Part shown: positions 1 through 9,577 of the stretch, piece after piece
How the letters are laid out: the number at the start of each line of letters is the position of its first letter
Position numbering within the stretch: the first letter of the stretch is position 1
Source: Bacteroidales bacterium
Lineage (GTDB): Bacteria > Bacteroidota > Bacteroidia > Bacteroidales > ML635J-15
NCBI GenBank assembly: GCA_046546095.1
Contig: JBKGYK010000005.1
Span: 1 to 57,173 of the forward strand
Direction of reading: 5' to 3'
Length of the DNA stretch: 57,173 nucleotides
Notes under the pieces: model-generated
Database searches by the model: none
What the model was told of the DNA's origin: nothing
Seen by the model: only the letters and a program-made list of their open reading frames with translations
Program-made: the position numbers and the translations under genes

Positions 1-2
1 AA

Positions 3-34
3 GAGCTGCCTTTATCAGACAGCTCCTTTTCTTT
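3..34 (-). terminator. Probable intrinsic terminator downstream of tRNA-fMet
   Basis: GAGCTG(3-8)...CAGCTC(20-25) inverted repeat just after the tRNA 3' end; the minus-strand U tract is cut by the window edge, and there is a T-rich run on the other side. Confidence 0.55.
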
Positions 35-38
35 GTAG

Positions 39-111
<73 letters not shown>

Positions 112-120
112 ATGTGAGTG

Positions 121-128
121 CAAAGATA
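121..128 (-). promoter_or_regulatory. Bacteroidota -7 promoter box (TATCTTTG) for tRNA-fMet
   Basis: Exact TAnnTTTG about 10 nt upstream of the tRNA 5' end. Confidence 0.75.
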
Positions 129-200
129 AGCAAAATATTCATAAATAAAAAAATGAATTTAAAGATTTTTAAAAAATAGTGAAAGAGATTAGCTTAGCGA

Positions 201-695
201 TTATTTTTCTTCCCCCAGGTGAAAAGAGACAGGCAAGGTGTACCATGAATTAACAGGTTTTCCGTCATATCTTCCGGGTATCCATGGTGGCATTTCTTTC
301 ACTACCCTTACAGCTTCGGAATCCAGAATCGGATGAATTGATTTTGCAACAACCACTTCTCCAATCGTGCCGTCCTTTTTTACTTCAAAACGCACATATA
401 CCTGTCCTTCAAGCTTCTTATTTTGTGCCCCTTCCGGATAAGTCAGTTTTTCCAGGAAGAATTTTTTTAGTTCCTCATCTCCTCCGGGGAAGGCTGGTGA
501 ATCCTGAACAAAGAAAAATATATCTCTTGAGGATGCAGTAATGGAATCAGAATCACTCACAGCCCAGGTTGCTGAACTACCGCCGGCAAATGCTGAAATA
601 ACTGTTATATTGCTCAGAAAGCTTAACAACAACAATATTCTCAAAAACCTGAGATAAGCCTGATGCTTTATTTTATCATTTATTTCGATGCTCAT
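201..695 (-). CDS. Energy transducer TonB C-terminal domain protein
   Basis: N-terminal hydrophobic segment, then PAFPGG...YPEGA...EGQVYVRFEVKKDG...LDSEAVRVVKEMPPWIPG, typical of TonB_C. Confidence 0.9.
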   Translation of the reverse strand: MSIEINDKIKHQAYLRFLRILLLLSFLSNITVISAFAGGSSATWAVSDSDSITASSRDIFFFVQDSPAFPGGDEELKKFFLEKLTYPEGAQNKKLEGQVYVRFEVKKDGTIGEVVVAKSIHPILDSEAVRVVKEMPPWIPGRYDGKPVNSWYTLPVSFHLGEEK

Positions 696-935
696 ATATC
701 AATTTCTCTCCCGTGTAAATTGCAAATAAACAAATAGATACTAATATAGCAAAATGCAATGAGATTGCTGATATCAGGATCGGTTTGTATGCCTTATTTG
801 ATCAGTGGTTCCATGGGCAAAAACTTTGTCAACAATTTATTAACCAGCATCGGAACCGGACATTTTCCTGATTTTTCATCAATTTTAATTTTTCTGGACC
901 CATTATTTTTAGTATTTTGAGAAAAACTTTCCATA

Positions 936-3900
936 ATGAATTCAGAATCTGAAAAACAATCCGGACAATCCGGTAAGCTGCATCTTGATGAACTTGCGTA
1001 TCAAAATAAGGAGCGTTTAAAAGAGCTTGCCTGTATCAATCAAACCAGTGCATTAATCATGTCGGGTAAGCCCGTTAATGAAGTATTTCAGCAAATAGTT
1101 GATATTCTGCCTGATGGCTGGCAATACCCGGAGTATACGGTCGCCCGGATTCGCTTTGATGATAAAGAATTTGTTTCCTATAATTTTAAAGAAACAGAAT
1201 GGCAGCAGAAGTATGAGTTTACTACCATCAATGATAAGCAGGGCAGTGTAGAAATATATTACACAAAAAAATTCACAAGGCAAGATGAAGGCCCTTTTTT
1301 AAAGGAAGAGCGCGAATTGCTTACCAATATTGGTTCTTTGATTCAGGGCTATCTGAATTCTGTTCTGGCCAACGAGAATTTGCGAAGCAGAAAACGAAAA
1401 TCGCATCAAATTGGAAAACCTGAAGCACAGGAAAAAAAGGCAACCAGAAAATTATTGCATAAATTTCTGAATGAAAACAATTATGCCAGGGATATTTATC
1501 ATGACCTGATGCAGTTTAAAGTAAAGGAGATTTTGCTGGTGGGTACTTTGTATGATGCCTATTCCCTTGAAAGCGAGGGGCGGTTTGCTGAGCAGGTTCT
1601 GGGCGAATACCGGCAGCTGAATCTTACCTATACACCCAGAATTACCGGTGTATCTACCGAAGATGAGGTGATTCAGCAACTGGAAGATAAGCATTACGAT
1701 CTGGTGATTTTTGTGATTGGAATAGATAAAAAGAATCCCCAGAACCTGAGTCAGAAAATAAAAACAGATTATCCGTATATCCCGATTTTTTTCCTGGTGA
1801 ATAACAACAGCGATCTGGCTTATTATCAAAAAAACACACCCAAATATGCTGACAGACTTTTTTCCTGGAACGGGGATTCCAGTATCTTTTTTGCAATGAT
1901 CAAGCTGGTTGAGGATAAAATCAATGCCAATAATGATACACAGATCGGTATGGTACGTGTGATTTTGCTTGTTGAAGATTCTGCCAAGTATTATTCAAGA
2001 ATTCTCCCACTGTTGTATCGTGTGGTTTTGGAGCAAACCCGCCGTATCATTGATGATGTGGAATGTGATGAACTATACCGCCTGCTGCGCCTGAGAGCCA
2101 GACCTAAAATTTTGCTGGCAGAATCCTACAATGAAGCGATAAAACTTATTCACAGGTACCAGGAATATTTACAGTGTTTGATCACAGATGTCCGCTATCC
2201 CAAAGACGGTGAAATTGATGACAAAGCCGGATTTGATCTTGTCGATTACGTGCATGATAACATTGGGGAGCTTCCCATCTGTATTCAATCCAGCGAAACA
2301 GGCAATGTGTACAAGAAGAATACCTGCTTTATTAACAAAAACTCAGAAAATCTTGCCAATGACATCAGGGTTTTTATTGATCATTTTGTCGGTTTCGGGA
2401 ATTTTGTCTTCAGAGACAATACAGGGCGCCAAATCGCCGTAGCAAAAAACCTTAAAGAATTTGAACGCTATATTAACAGTATATCCAATGAGTCATTAAA
2501 ATATCACGCCAGGAGAAATCATTTTAGTTTGTGGCTGATGGCCCGTGGTGAAATCCAACTGGCTAAAATCCTGAACCCCTATAAGCTGGACGATTTTGAC
2601 GATGTTAATGATATGCGGGAATTTTTGCTCCGCCGGATTCATGAATTCAGAAATGAAAAAATCAAGGGAAAAATTGTACCCTTCACAGAAGAAGCCCTCA
2701 AAGATGAACGCAATGTTGTGGAAATCGGTACAGGAGCACTGGGAGGGAAAGGCAGGGGGGTGGCTTTTACCAATACCCTGATATATAACTTTGATTTTAG
2801 CAGCATGATTTCTGACATTAACATCCGGGCTCCCAGAACCGTGATCATTGGAATTGACGAGTTTACTGATTTTATCAATGAAAATGATCTGAATCACTTT
2901 CAGACAGTTGATGAAGATTATGATGTCATCAAAATGGCTTTTAAAAATGCGCGATTTTCAAAATCTATGATGCGGCAACTCAAAGCTGTTATGAAGGAAT
3001 TTAAACGACCATTGGCCATCAGGTCGTCTTCTTTGCTGGAAGATTCATTATATCAGCCATTTTCCGGCATTTTTGAAACGTATCTGATTCCCAACAATCA
3101 TACAGATGATAACATCAGACTTGAGCAGTTTACCGATGCCATAAAAATGGTGTATGCTTCTTTGTTTTCCCCTACTTCCAAGGATTATATAAGGGCTATC
3201 AATTATAAACTGGAGGAAGAAAAAATGGCTGTGGTCATACAGGAAGTTGTCGGTAATCAGTTTGATTCTTATTATTACCCGCACATATCTGGTGTTGCTC
3301 AGAGTTTTAATTATTACCCGGTTTCATACATGAAGCCGGAGGACGGCTTTGCTGTGCTTGCTCTCGGCCTTGGTAAATATGTGGTTGAGGGAGAAAAGGC
3401 CTACCGTTTTTGTCCAAGGTATCCGAAGCTGGATGTCCTGAGTTTAAAAGATATTGTAAATGAATCCCAGACAGAATTCTTTGCTGTTAACATGAACAAA
3501 GAAAACATAGATCTGCTGGAAGGTGAGGAGGCCGGTTTGCAACGGCTGGATATTGATGATGCTGAAATGCAGGGATCACTCAGGCATCTGGCTTCTGTAT
3601 ATAATCCTGATAACAATTCCCTCTCACCAGGTCTGACAGATTATGGACCCCGGGTGCTGGATTTTGCCAATATTCTAAAACATAAGTATATACCCTTGCC
3701 AAAAACCATTGAAAAAGTGGTGGCAATTGTAAAAGAGGCACTGGGGACAACTGTGGAAATCGAATTTGCTGTTGATCTCAATAAAGATAAAGATAACAAA
3801 GCTTCGTTTTATATTCTCCAGATAAAACCCCTGATAGGAAGTTCGTATGATTACGAAATTGATATGGACAAGATTGATCAGGAGTGCATTATTTTGCAAA

Positions 3901-4403
3901 CAACAAAAGCCATGGGTAATGGAAAAATTACGGATATCAGCGATATTGTTTTTGTTGATCCTGATTCTTTTGACAAAACCAAAACAGAAGAGATGGCGAT
4001 GGAAATTGAAAAAATCAACAAAGAGTTCCATGAACAGGATCGTAAATACATTCTTCTGGGCCCTGGCCGATGGGGCAGCAGGGACAAATATATCGGTATT
4101 CCTGTGAGGTGGCCTCAGATTTCAAATGCCAAAGTTATTGTGGAATACAGTTTTAAGGGTTTCCCTCTGGATCCAAGCAGCGGTTCACATTTCTTTCATA
4201 ATGTTACATCAATGAATGTAGGCTATTTTTCTGTTCAGACAGGAAAGGAAGGCCATAAAATTTACTGGGATAAAATTCGCGCCTTGGGCAAAGCAAGGCG
4301 GCATAAATATTTTTCTCACATCAGGATTGATAAATCGCTTACAGTAAAAATGGATTCAAAAAATCAAATAGCTCTGATCCAGAAACCACATAAAAAAGAG
4401 TAA
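936..4403 (+). CDS. PEP/pyruvate-binding (PPDK_N) domain protein with N-terminal GAF-like and receiver-like domains
   Basis: GGKGRG, AIRSSSLLEDS..FSGIFETY, MAVVIQEVVG, SGVAQS, GLGKYVVEG and EIEFAVD..FYILQIKP are PPDK_N motifs; REC-like ILLVED...ITDV...IQSS...FINK. Confidence 0.85.
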   Translation: MNSESEKQSGQSGKLHLDELAYQNKERLKELACINQTSALIMSGKPVNEVFQQIVDILPDGWQYPEYTVARIRFDDKEFVSYNFKETEWQQKYEFTTINDKQGSVEIYYTKKFTRQDEGPFLKEERELLTNIGSLIQGYLNSVLANENLRSRKRKSHQIGKPEAQEKKATRKLLHKFLNENNYARDIYHDLMQFKVKEILLVGTLYDAYSLESEGRFAEQVLGEYRQLNLTYTPRITGVSTEDEVIQQLEDKHYDLVIFVIGIDKKNPQNLSQKIKTDYPYIPIFFLVNNNSDLAYYQKNTPKYADRLFSWNGDSSIFFAMIKLVEDKINANNDTQIGMVRVILLVEDSAKYYSRILPLLYRVVLEQTRRIIDDVECDELYRLLRLRARPKILLAESYNEAIKLIHRYQEYLQCLITDVRYPKDGEIDDKAGFDLVDYVHDNIGELPICIQSSETGNVYKKNTCFINKNSENLANDIRVFIDHFVGFGNFVFRDNTGRQIAVAKNLKEFERYINSISNESLKYHARRNHFSLWLMARGEIQLAKILNPYKLDDFDDVNDMREFLLRRIHEFRNEKIKGKIVPFTEEALKDERNVVEIGTGALGGKGRGVAFTNTLIYNFDFSSMISDINIRAPRTVIIGIDEFTDFINENDLNHFQTVDEDYDVIKMAFKNARFSKSMMRQLKAVMKEFKRPLAIRSSSLLEDSLYQPFSGIFETYLIPNNHTDDNIRLEQFTDAIKMVYASLFSPTSKDYIRAINYKLEEEKMAVVIQEVVGNQFDSYYYPHISGVAQSFNYYPVSYMKPEDGFAVLALGLGKYVVEGEKAYRFCPRYPKLDVLSLKDIVNESQTEFFAVNMNKENIDLLEGEEAGLQRLDIDDAEMQGSLRHLASVYNPDNNSLSPGLTDYGPRVLDFANILKHKYIPLPKTIEKVVAIVKEALGTTVEIEFAVDLNKDKDNKASFYILQIKPLIGSSYDYEIDMDKIDQECIILQTTKAMGNGKITDISDIVFVDPDSFDKTKTEEMAMEIEKINKEFHEQDRKYILLGPGRWGSRDKYIGIPVRWPQISNAKVIVEYSFKGFPLDPSSGSHFFHNVTSMNVGYFSVQTGKEGHKIYWDKIRALGKARRHKYFSHIRIDKSLTVKMDSKNQIALIQKPHKKE

Positions 4404-4442
4404 AGTACAAAACCTACAGCTATACGATACATCGGTTGATTT

Positions 4443-4479
4443 CCGGCATTATTCACAAAGGTAAGAAATGCCGGTTTTT
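4443..4479 (+). terminator. Intrinsic terminator between convergent genes
   Basis: CCGGCATT...AATGCCGG stem followed by TTTTT. Confidence 0.7.
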
Positions 4480-4488
4480 GAAAGCAGT

Positions 4489-5523
4489 TTATTGGAGCTG
4501 TTCATCAAGTTTTTCTGCATCCTGCTTACGCTTGTGTAATAAATTGATGTAGGCTCTGGTTCGGCTTTCTTTTTTCAAGTCCCAGGATTTATTGGCCCAT
4601 TCAAGAGCCAAATCAAGATCACCACGGATTTCTGCTGCTACAGCCATATTGAAGCAAGCCCTTGCGGCCAGCTTGCTGTCATCGGAATCCACATATTTTT
4701 TCCATACCGAAGCTGCTTTTTTCCAGTCATCATTTTTCACGTGGCTTTTGGTTGATTTCATCTCATCATTACCACCAATGTAAATAGTTCGCCTTGTTGT
4801 GCGCCAGGTTGGTGAAATGCGGGCTGCATATTGCTCTCCTGCATAATACCCTGCCTGTACAACCGCATCCCGGTGGGAGGGGAGGCGGCCTATAGCTTCC
4901 CTTTTGCTGTCTCCGCTTCTGTCCCATGCCTTGTGATCAACAAATTCATTTTCATCTATAATTTTTTCCTCAAACGGATCATAAATGCGGTATCCACTGG
5001 TAACACGAATTTCCATATGGGCTTCGTATCTGTTGTAATATTGGGTTTCTCCATCCACGGTGCGTTTCCGTCTGCTTACACGCATATCTTCATGTTTATC
5101 AGAATCAAACACTTCCAGACTTATTAATGCATCAGCACCATATTGTTCACATACCTGGCTGATACTGTCCCAGTTGAGGGGTGTCGGCCATTCCGCAGTT
5201 CCTGTCCCTCGAAAATCACAGGATTCACAAATGCGGCTTTCAAAGCGTTCATTTTCATTGAGTTTGTTGTTGATGCCCTGGATGGCTTGCTCGGATCCCC
5301 GCCGGTCGTTAAAAACACCTTCACCGGAAAACAATCCCTCAACAAAATTTTTGCCTTTTTCCCCTTTGGCCGGTAAGCTTCGATTTGCTATAACAACATT
5401 TTGATATTCCTGGGGTACGTTTATGGCTGCAGGCTCCAGAACATCAACCATTACAGAGGTTGTGTTGCAGGATGTTATTGCAAAAAACAGCAGGGCGGAT
5501 AAAGAAAAAACAATTGCTCTCAT
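4489..5523 (-). CDS. DUF6340-like lipoprotein with C-terminal TPR-like helices
   Basis: Start moved to MRAIVFS; lipobox ITSC; VLEPAAINVP; C-terminal AARACFNMAVAAEIRGDLDLALEWA. Confidence 0.7.
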   Translation of the reverse strand: MRAIVFSLSALLFFAITSCNTTSVMVDVLEPAAINVPQEYQNVVIANRSLPAKGEKGKNFVEGLFSGEGVFNDRRGSEQAIQGINNKLNENERFESRICESCDFRGTGTAEWPTPLNWDSISQVCEQYGADALISLEVFDSDKHEDMRVSRRKRTVDGETQYYNRYEAHMEIRVTSGYRIYDPFEEKIIDENEFVDHKAWDRSGDSKREAIGRLPSHRDAVVQAGYYAGEQYAARISPTWRTTRRTIYIGGNDEMKSTKSHVKNDDWKKAASVWKKYVDSDDSKLAARACFNMAVAAEIRGDLDLALEWANKSWDLKKESRTRAYINLLHKRKQDAEKLDEQLQ

Positions 5524-5557
5524 GCTTTTATGTTTGTTTGATTCGTTAACACAAACC

Positions 5558-6301
5558 CTATTCCAATAATTCCGGATTGATGCCATACACATAATGCTCT
5601 ATAACATTGAAGTCATCCACAAATTCGTCACCATGAAATCCGTGGATATCTTCCACGGAAATTAGTTTTTTAAAAGCATAAGTAAAAACATCAGACTCCG
5701 GCTTGTATGTCCAGTGCCATTCTTCAGCCTGAAAACCTGTGCTTCGTTTTTCGCCGAAAGGAATATAGACCTGATAAAATCCATAGTCGGCAGCATTGTT
5801 TTTTAACCAGTCATACACCTTTTTTCCTTCACCATTTTGAAAATATGCATGGGATGTGCTGTTGATGTCTATTTCTGTACCCCAGTGATGTCTGGAAGTG
5901 CCCGGCATGGCCGAATATTTCAATACAATGGCTGTTTTGGCACTGTCCGACAGGTTCTGATCAATCCTTTCGTTTCCTGTGGGGCGTTGACCTGTGAATT
6001 TGCGGTTCCAGAGATAGCGCTGAATATAAAACGTTCTGGTACCTGATTTTACGGTCAGATTAATGTCCTGGCGAAGTGCAGCTTCCCGCATGTCTAGAAA
6101 AGCCTTGTATGTGTTTTTTCTGAGGTAAACTTCAGGAAAGTAAGAAATGGAAGGGTCAACCTGCACGAAATCCGGATGGTTTTCCGGATTGATTTTCCCC
6201 AGTAGTTCGTCCTTTGAAGGGAAATCCTCTTCAGAATACTTTTCCTCTGCCTGGATATGAGGAAATAAAAGTGCAATCAGGATTAGCAACAGCTTAATCA
6301 T
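5558..6301 (-). CDS. M15B family D-Ala-D-Ala carboxypeptidase (VanY-like), secreted
   Basis: Signal peptide; SGTRT, SAMPGTSRHHWGTEID and EEWHW zinc-binding motifs. Confidence 0.9.
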   Translation of the reverse strand: MIKLLLILIALLFPHIQAEEKYSEEDFPSKDELLGKINPENHPDFVQVDPSISYFPEVYLRKNTYKAFLDMREAALRQDINLTVKSGTRTFYIQRYLWNRKFTGQRPTGNERIDQNLSDSAKTAIVLKYSAMPGTSRHHWGTEIDINSTSHAYFQNGEGKKVYDWLKNNAADYGFYQVYIPFGEKRSTGFQAEEWHWTYKPESDVFTYAFKKLISVEDIHGFHGDEFVDDFNVIEHYVYGINPELLE

Positions 6302-7247
6302 TGGCAAGCATTTTTAATGTATGTGTGACAATGTCAATGGCTGTGAGGCCGTATTTTTTCATCAGGTCGGCGGGTTGTCCCGATTCTCCGAATCTATCAT
6401 TTACCCCAAGGATATGCATTGGTACAGGATAGTTTTGACTTACAGTTTCGGCAACTGCGCTTCCAAATCCGCCGGCAACCTGATGCTCTTCTGCAGTCAG
6501 TATTTTTCCACAGCGCTTTGCCCATTGAATTATTGCCTGCTTATCCAAAGGTTTAATTGTATGAAAATTGACAACTGCTGCATTGATATTGTGGTTATCC
6601 CTGAGCATTTCCTGAGCTTTTAATGCTTGCCAAACCATATGTCCTGTGGCAAACAGGGCAATGTCATTTCCTTCCCGGAGAGTTTGTGCTTTTCCGGGAA
6701 TGAATTCCTGGCTTTTGCTGGTAAAGTCCGGTACAGCTTCTCTGCCAAACCGGATATAAACAGGGCCGGGAATTTGATTCACAGCTGCCACGCATGCCAG
6801 GTGTGTCTGTGTGGCATCACATGGTGATAAAACCGTCATGTTTGGCAGAACACGCATCACGGCAATATCTTCCAGTGCCTGGTGGGTAGCACCATCCGGC
6901 CCGACAGATATTCCGGCATGAGCACCACCGATGATGACATGAAGATTGTTGTAGCAGATGGAAATACGAATCTGGTCCAGATCCCGCATGGCCGAAAAAA
7001 CTCCGTAAGTGGAAAATACCGGAATCTTGCCGGAGAGAGCAAATCCGGCAGCTACACCCGCAATGTTTTGTTCGGCAATTCCGAAAGAAAAGAATCTTTC
7101 GGGGAATTTTTCGGCAAACAGGTTCATGGAGACAGAGCCTGTAATGTCTGCCCCCAAAGCTATCAGCTGATGATTGGATTCACCTGCTGCTGCCATACCT
7201 TCGCCAAACCCCAGACGGGTTGGTTTTGATTTGAATTGTGATAGCAT
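6294..7247 (-). CDS. Transketolase, C-terminal subunit
   Basis: GIAEQN, GPDGATHQALED, GPVYIRFGR, TIKPLD, EEHQVAGGFGSAV. Confidence 0.92.
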   Translation of the reverse strand: MLSQFKSKPTRLGFGEGMAAAGESNHQLIALGADITGSVSMNLFAEKFPERFFSFGIAEQNIAGVAAGFALSGKIPVFSTYGVFSAMRDLDQIRISICYNNLHVIIGGAHAGISVGPDGATHQALEDIAVMRVLPNMTVLSPCDATQTHLACVAAVNQIPGPVYIRFGREAVPDFTSKSQEFIPGKAQTLREGNDIALFATGHMVWQALKAQEMLRDNHNINAAVVNFHTIKPLDKQAIIQWAKRCGKILTAEEHQVAGGFGSAVAETVSQNYPVPMHILGVNDRFGESGQPADLMKKYGLTAIDIVTHTLKMLAND

Positions 7248-7275
7248 AATCTACGCTTTTGCCATAAAATTACTA

Positions 7276-7725
7276 TCATTTTTGGTCATCAGCAAACCAT
7301 TCCGCAAATGATGTGGCAGTTTCATACAACCTGAGACTGAATAATTCTACACCATCGGGCAACTTTTTACTTATCCGCCCGGCAAAATCTTCAACCATAT
7401 TTTCGCAAGTTGGCTGGTATGGGAGAATATGAACCCGCTCAAATAAACCACGGATTTTTTTCAGGGATTCGTAATCTTCCGCGTCACTCAGGGCAACGGA
7501 ATGATCAAAAACATCCACAATTTCTTTATTAACAATTTTCTTAAAATCGCCAAAATCCAGTACCATACCGTATTTGGGATCATTTTTATCTTGCCTGGGT
7601 GTGCCTATCACCGTGGCATACATAATATAGGAGTGGCCATGCATATTTCTGCACAAACCGTTGTAATGATGCAGTGCATGTGACATTTCCCATTTGAACT
7701 GTTTTGTAAGCCTGATTCTTGCCAT
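7276..7725 (-). CDS. queD: 6-carboxy-5,6,7,8-tetrahydropterin synthase
   Basis: CRNMHGHSY, GMVLDFGDFK, FDHS, PTCEN, RLYET. Confidence 0.93.
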   Translation of the reverse strand: MARIRLTKQFKWEMSHALHHYNGLCRNMHGHSYIMYATVIGTPRQDKNDPKYGMVLDFGDFKKIVNKEIVDVFDHSVALSDAEDYESLKKIRGLFERVHILPYQPTCENMVEDFAGRISKKLPDGVELFSLRLYETATSFAEWFADDQK

Positions 7726-7838
7726 CTTTTGTTTTTTTCACGTAACAAATGATAAACTTTGTTTGTTTAAGACAATAATGTAAAGTAAAGCTTTTATTTT
7801 AGCACAGGAAATATTATTTTTATCAGAGTTTTCCTGAT

Positions 7839-8810
7839 ATGAAGAAAATTGAAGAAATTACCAGAATAAACGGGGGTGATGTAAAATCCTTGAATAAAGA
7901 ATTGTTAAGACTTGTTAAGTCTGATGATGAGCAGCTTAATGAGATACTGGATTTTGTTTTTAATGCAAAGGGCAAGCAGGTGAGAGCCCATATGGTTTAT
8001 CTTTCAGCAGGAATTTTCGGAAAAGCAACTTCCAAAACGCAGCTTGCAGCCATTCTTGTACAGTTGTTACATACCTCTACCCTGATTCATGATGATGTTG
8101 TTGATGAGGCTGAGTTGCGCAGAGGAAGATCAACTGTTAATGCTATCTGGAAAAATAAAATGGCCATACTTACCGGTGATTACATGTTTGCCAGGGCCCT
8201 GAGTATTGCAACAGAGAGAAAGGCCTATGATCTTTTAGAAATTCTTACTCCCACGATTTCAGAAATGAGTATTGGTGAAATTATCCAAATGCAGGAAATC
8301 GGGAACAACAAGTTTTCCGAATCTGTATATTACGATATCATTTACAGAAAAACTGCTGTATTGATTAGTGCTTCGGCACAGGCTGGCGCACTGAGTAGCG
8401 GTGCAGGAAAATCTGAACAAATGGCCATGAAAGAGCTGGGAAAAGCTGCAGGGATGGCTTTTCAGATACAGGATGATATACTGGATTTTACCGCCAATGG
8501 CAGCTTTGGTAAAACCAGGGGAAAAGATATTGAGGAGAAAAAATATACTTTGCCACTTATTCACGCCCTTGACAAAGCACCGGAAAATGAGAAAAAAAAG
8601 GTGATGGAAATGATCAACAAAGGAGTGAATAAAAAGGAAGTCAGGGAAATCATAAGATTTATTGAAACCTACCAGGGCTTTGGATATGCCAGGGAAAAAA
8701 TGCAGGCCTATGTGGATCGTGCCCATGAAATACTGAAACAATTTCCACAAAACGAAGCAAATACGGCAATGTCAGAATTGCTGAAATTTTTTACCCAAAG
8801 AAAAAAATAG
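7839..8810 (+). CDS. Polyprenyl diphosphate synthase (IspB-like)
   Basis: GKQVR, LIHDDVVD...RRG, FQIQDDILD. Confidence 0.93.
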   Translation: MKKIEEITRINGGDVKSLNKELLRLVKSDDEQLNEILDFVFNAKGKQVRAHMVYLSAGIFGKATSKTQLAAILVQLLHTSTLIHDDVVDEAELRRGRSTVNAIWKNKMAILTGDYMFARALSIATERKAYDLLEILTPTISEMSIGEIIQMQEIGNNKFSESVYYDIIYRKTAVLISASAQAGALSSGAGKSEQMAMKELGKAAGMAFQIQDDILDFTANGSFGKTRGKDIEEKKYTLPLIHALDKAPENEKKKVMEMINKGVNKKEVREIIRFIETYQGFGYAREKMQAYVDRAHEILKQFPQNEANTAMSELLKFFTQRKK

Positions 8811-8876
8811 AACACCTTTGGTATTTGATTGTTTATAAGATATAACGAATTGAAAATTAATTAAAAAGATACAACC

Positions 8877-9536
8877 ATGAAACGTATTATGCTTATTCTG
8901 CTGATGTTGGTTTTCCTGATTGGAAGTGCATCAGCGCAAAAAATTAAGGTTGAGGAAGATGAGAAAAAAATTAACGGTAGCAAGCGAGATGTCTTGCTGG
9001 TAGAAATTCCACAAACAGATCAAAAAACAGTTGAAAAGGCCTGGAAAAAACGGATGAAAGATCATGATGCAGAAAGCTTTAAAAGCAAAAAAGAAATGTT
9101 TGCAGACAATGTTTTGATTGAGTCGGTAACTGATAATACCATAGATATCTATGCCAGAGCTGAGGAAAATAATGAATATGTGGAATTTTATGTGGCAGTA
9201 GACCTGGGTGGTGCTTATATGGATTCGGAACATGACTCCGAACAGACTGCAATGAAAAGATTTATTGAGAATTTTGCATCGGGGATTGCTTTGGAAGCAT
9301 ATCAGGAAATGCTGGATGATCAAAAGGGTATTCTGAAGGATCTTAATAAGGAAATTAAAAGCCTGGCTAATGATAAAGAGCATTATGAGAAAAAGATTGA
9401 AAAATATCAGGATAAAATCGAGGACCATGAGGCTGACATAAAAGATGTTGAAAAAGAAATGGAAAAACAACAGGAATTGCTGGAGGATGAAGAAAAAAAG
9501 CTCAAGGAAATGGAAGAAAAAAGCATCAAAAATTAA
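8877..9536 (+). CDS. Secreted hypothetical protein with C-terminal coiled coil
   Basis: Signal peptide ending ASA-Q; alpha/beta N-domain; E/K-rich heptad tail. Confidence 0.75.
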   Translation: MKRIMLILLMLVFLIGSASAQKIKVEEDEKKINGSKRDVLLVEIPQTDQKTVEKAWKKRMKDHDAESFKSKKEMFADNVLIESVTDNTIDIYARAEENNEYVEFYVAVDLGGAYMDSEHDSEQTAMKRFIENFASGIALEAYQEMLDDQKGILKDLNKEIKSLANDKEHYEKKIEKYQDKIEDHEADIKDVEKEMEKQQELLEDEEKKLKEMEEKSIKN

Positions 9537-9577
9537 GTAAGTTTTTAACTTTGTCCTGAACAAAACAGAGAGTAGTT

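Noticed and set aside
5558-6301. Vancomycin-resistance gene (vanY)
   Set aside because: No vanHAX or vanRS nearby; stand-alone M15B peptidases are ordinary cell-wall enzymes
8818-8834. Sigma54-like TGGTAT...TTGTT upstream of the 8877 gene
   Set aside because: Spacing is one nucleotide short and the -24 box is imperfect
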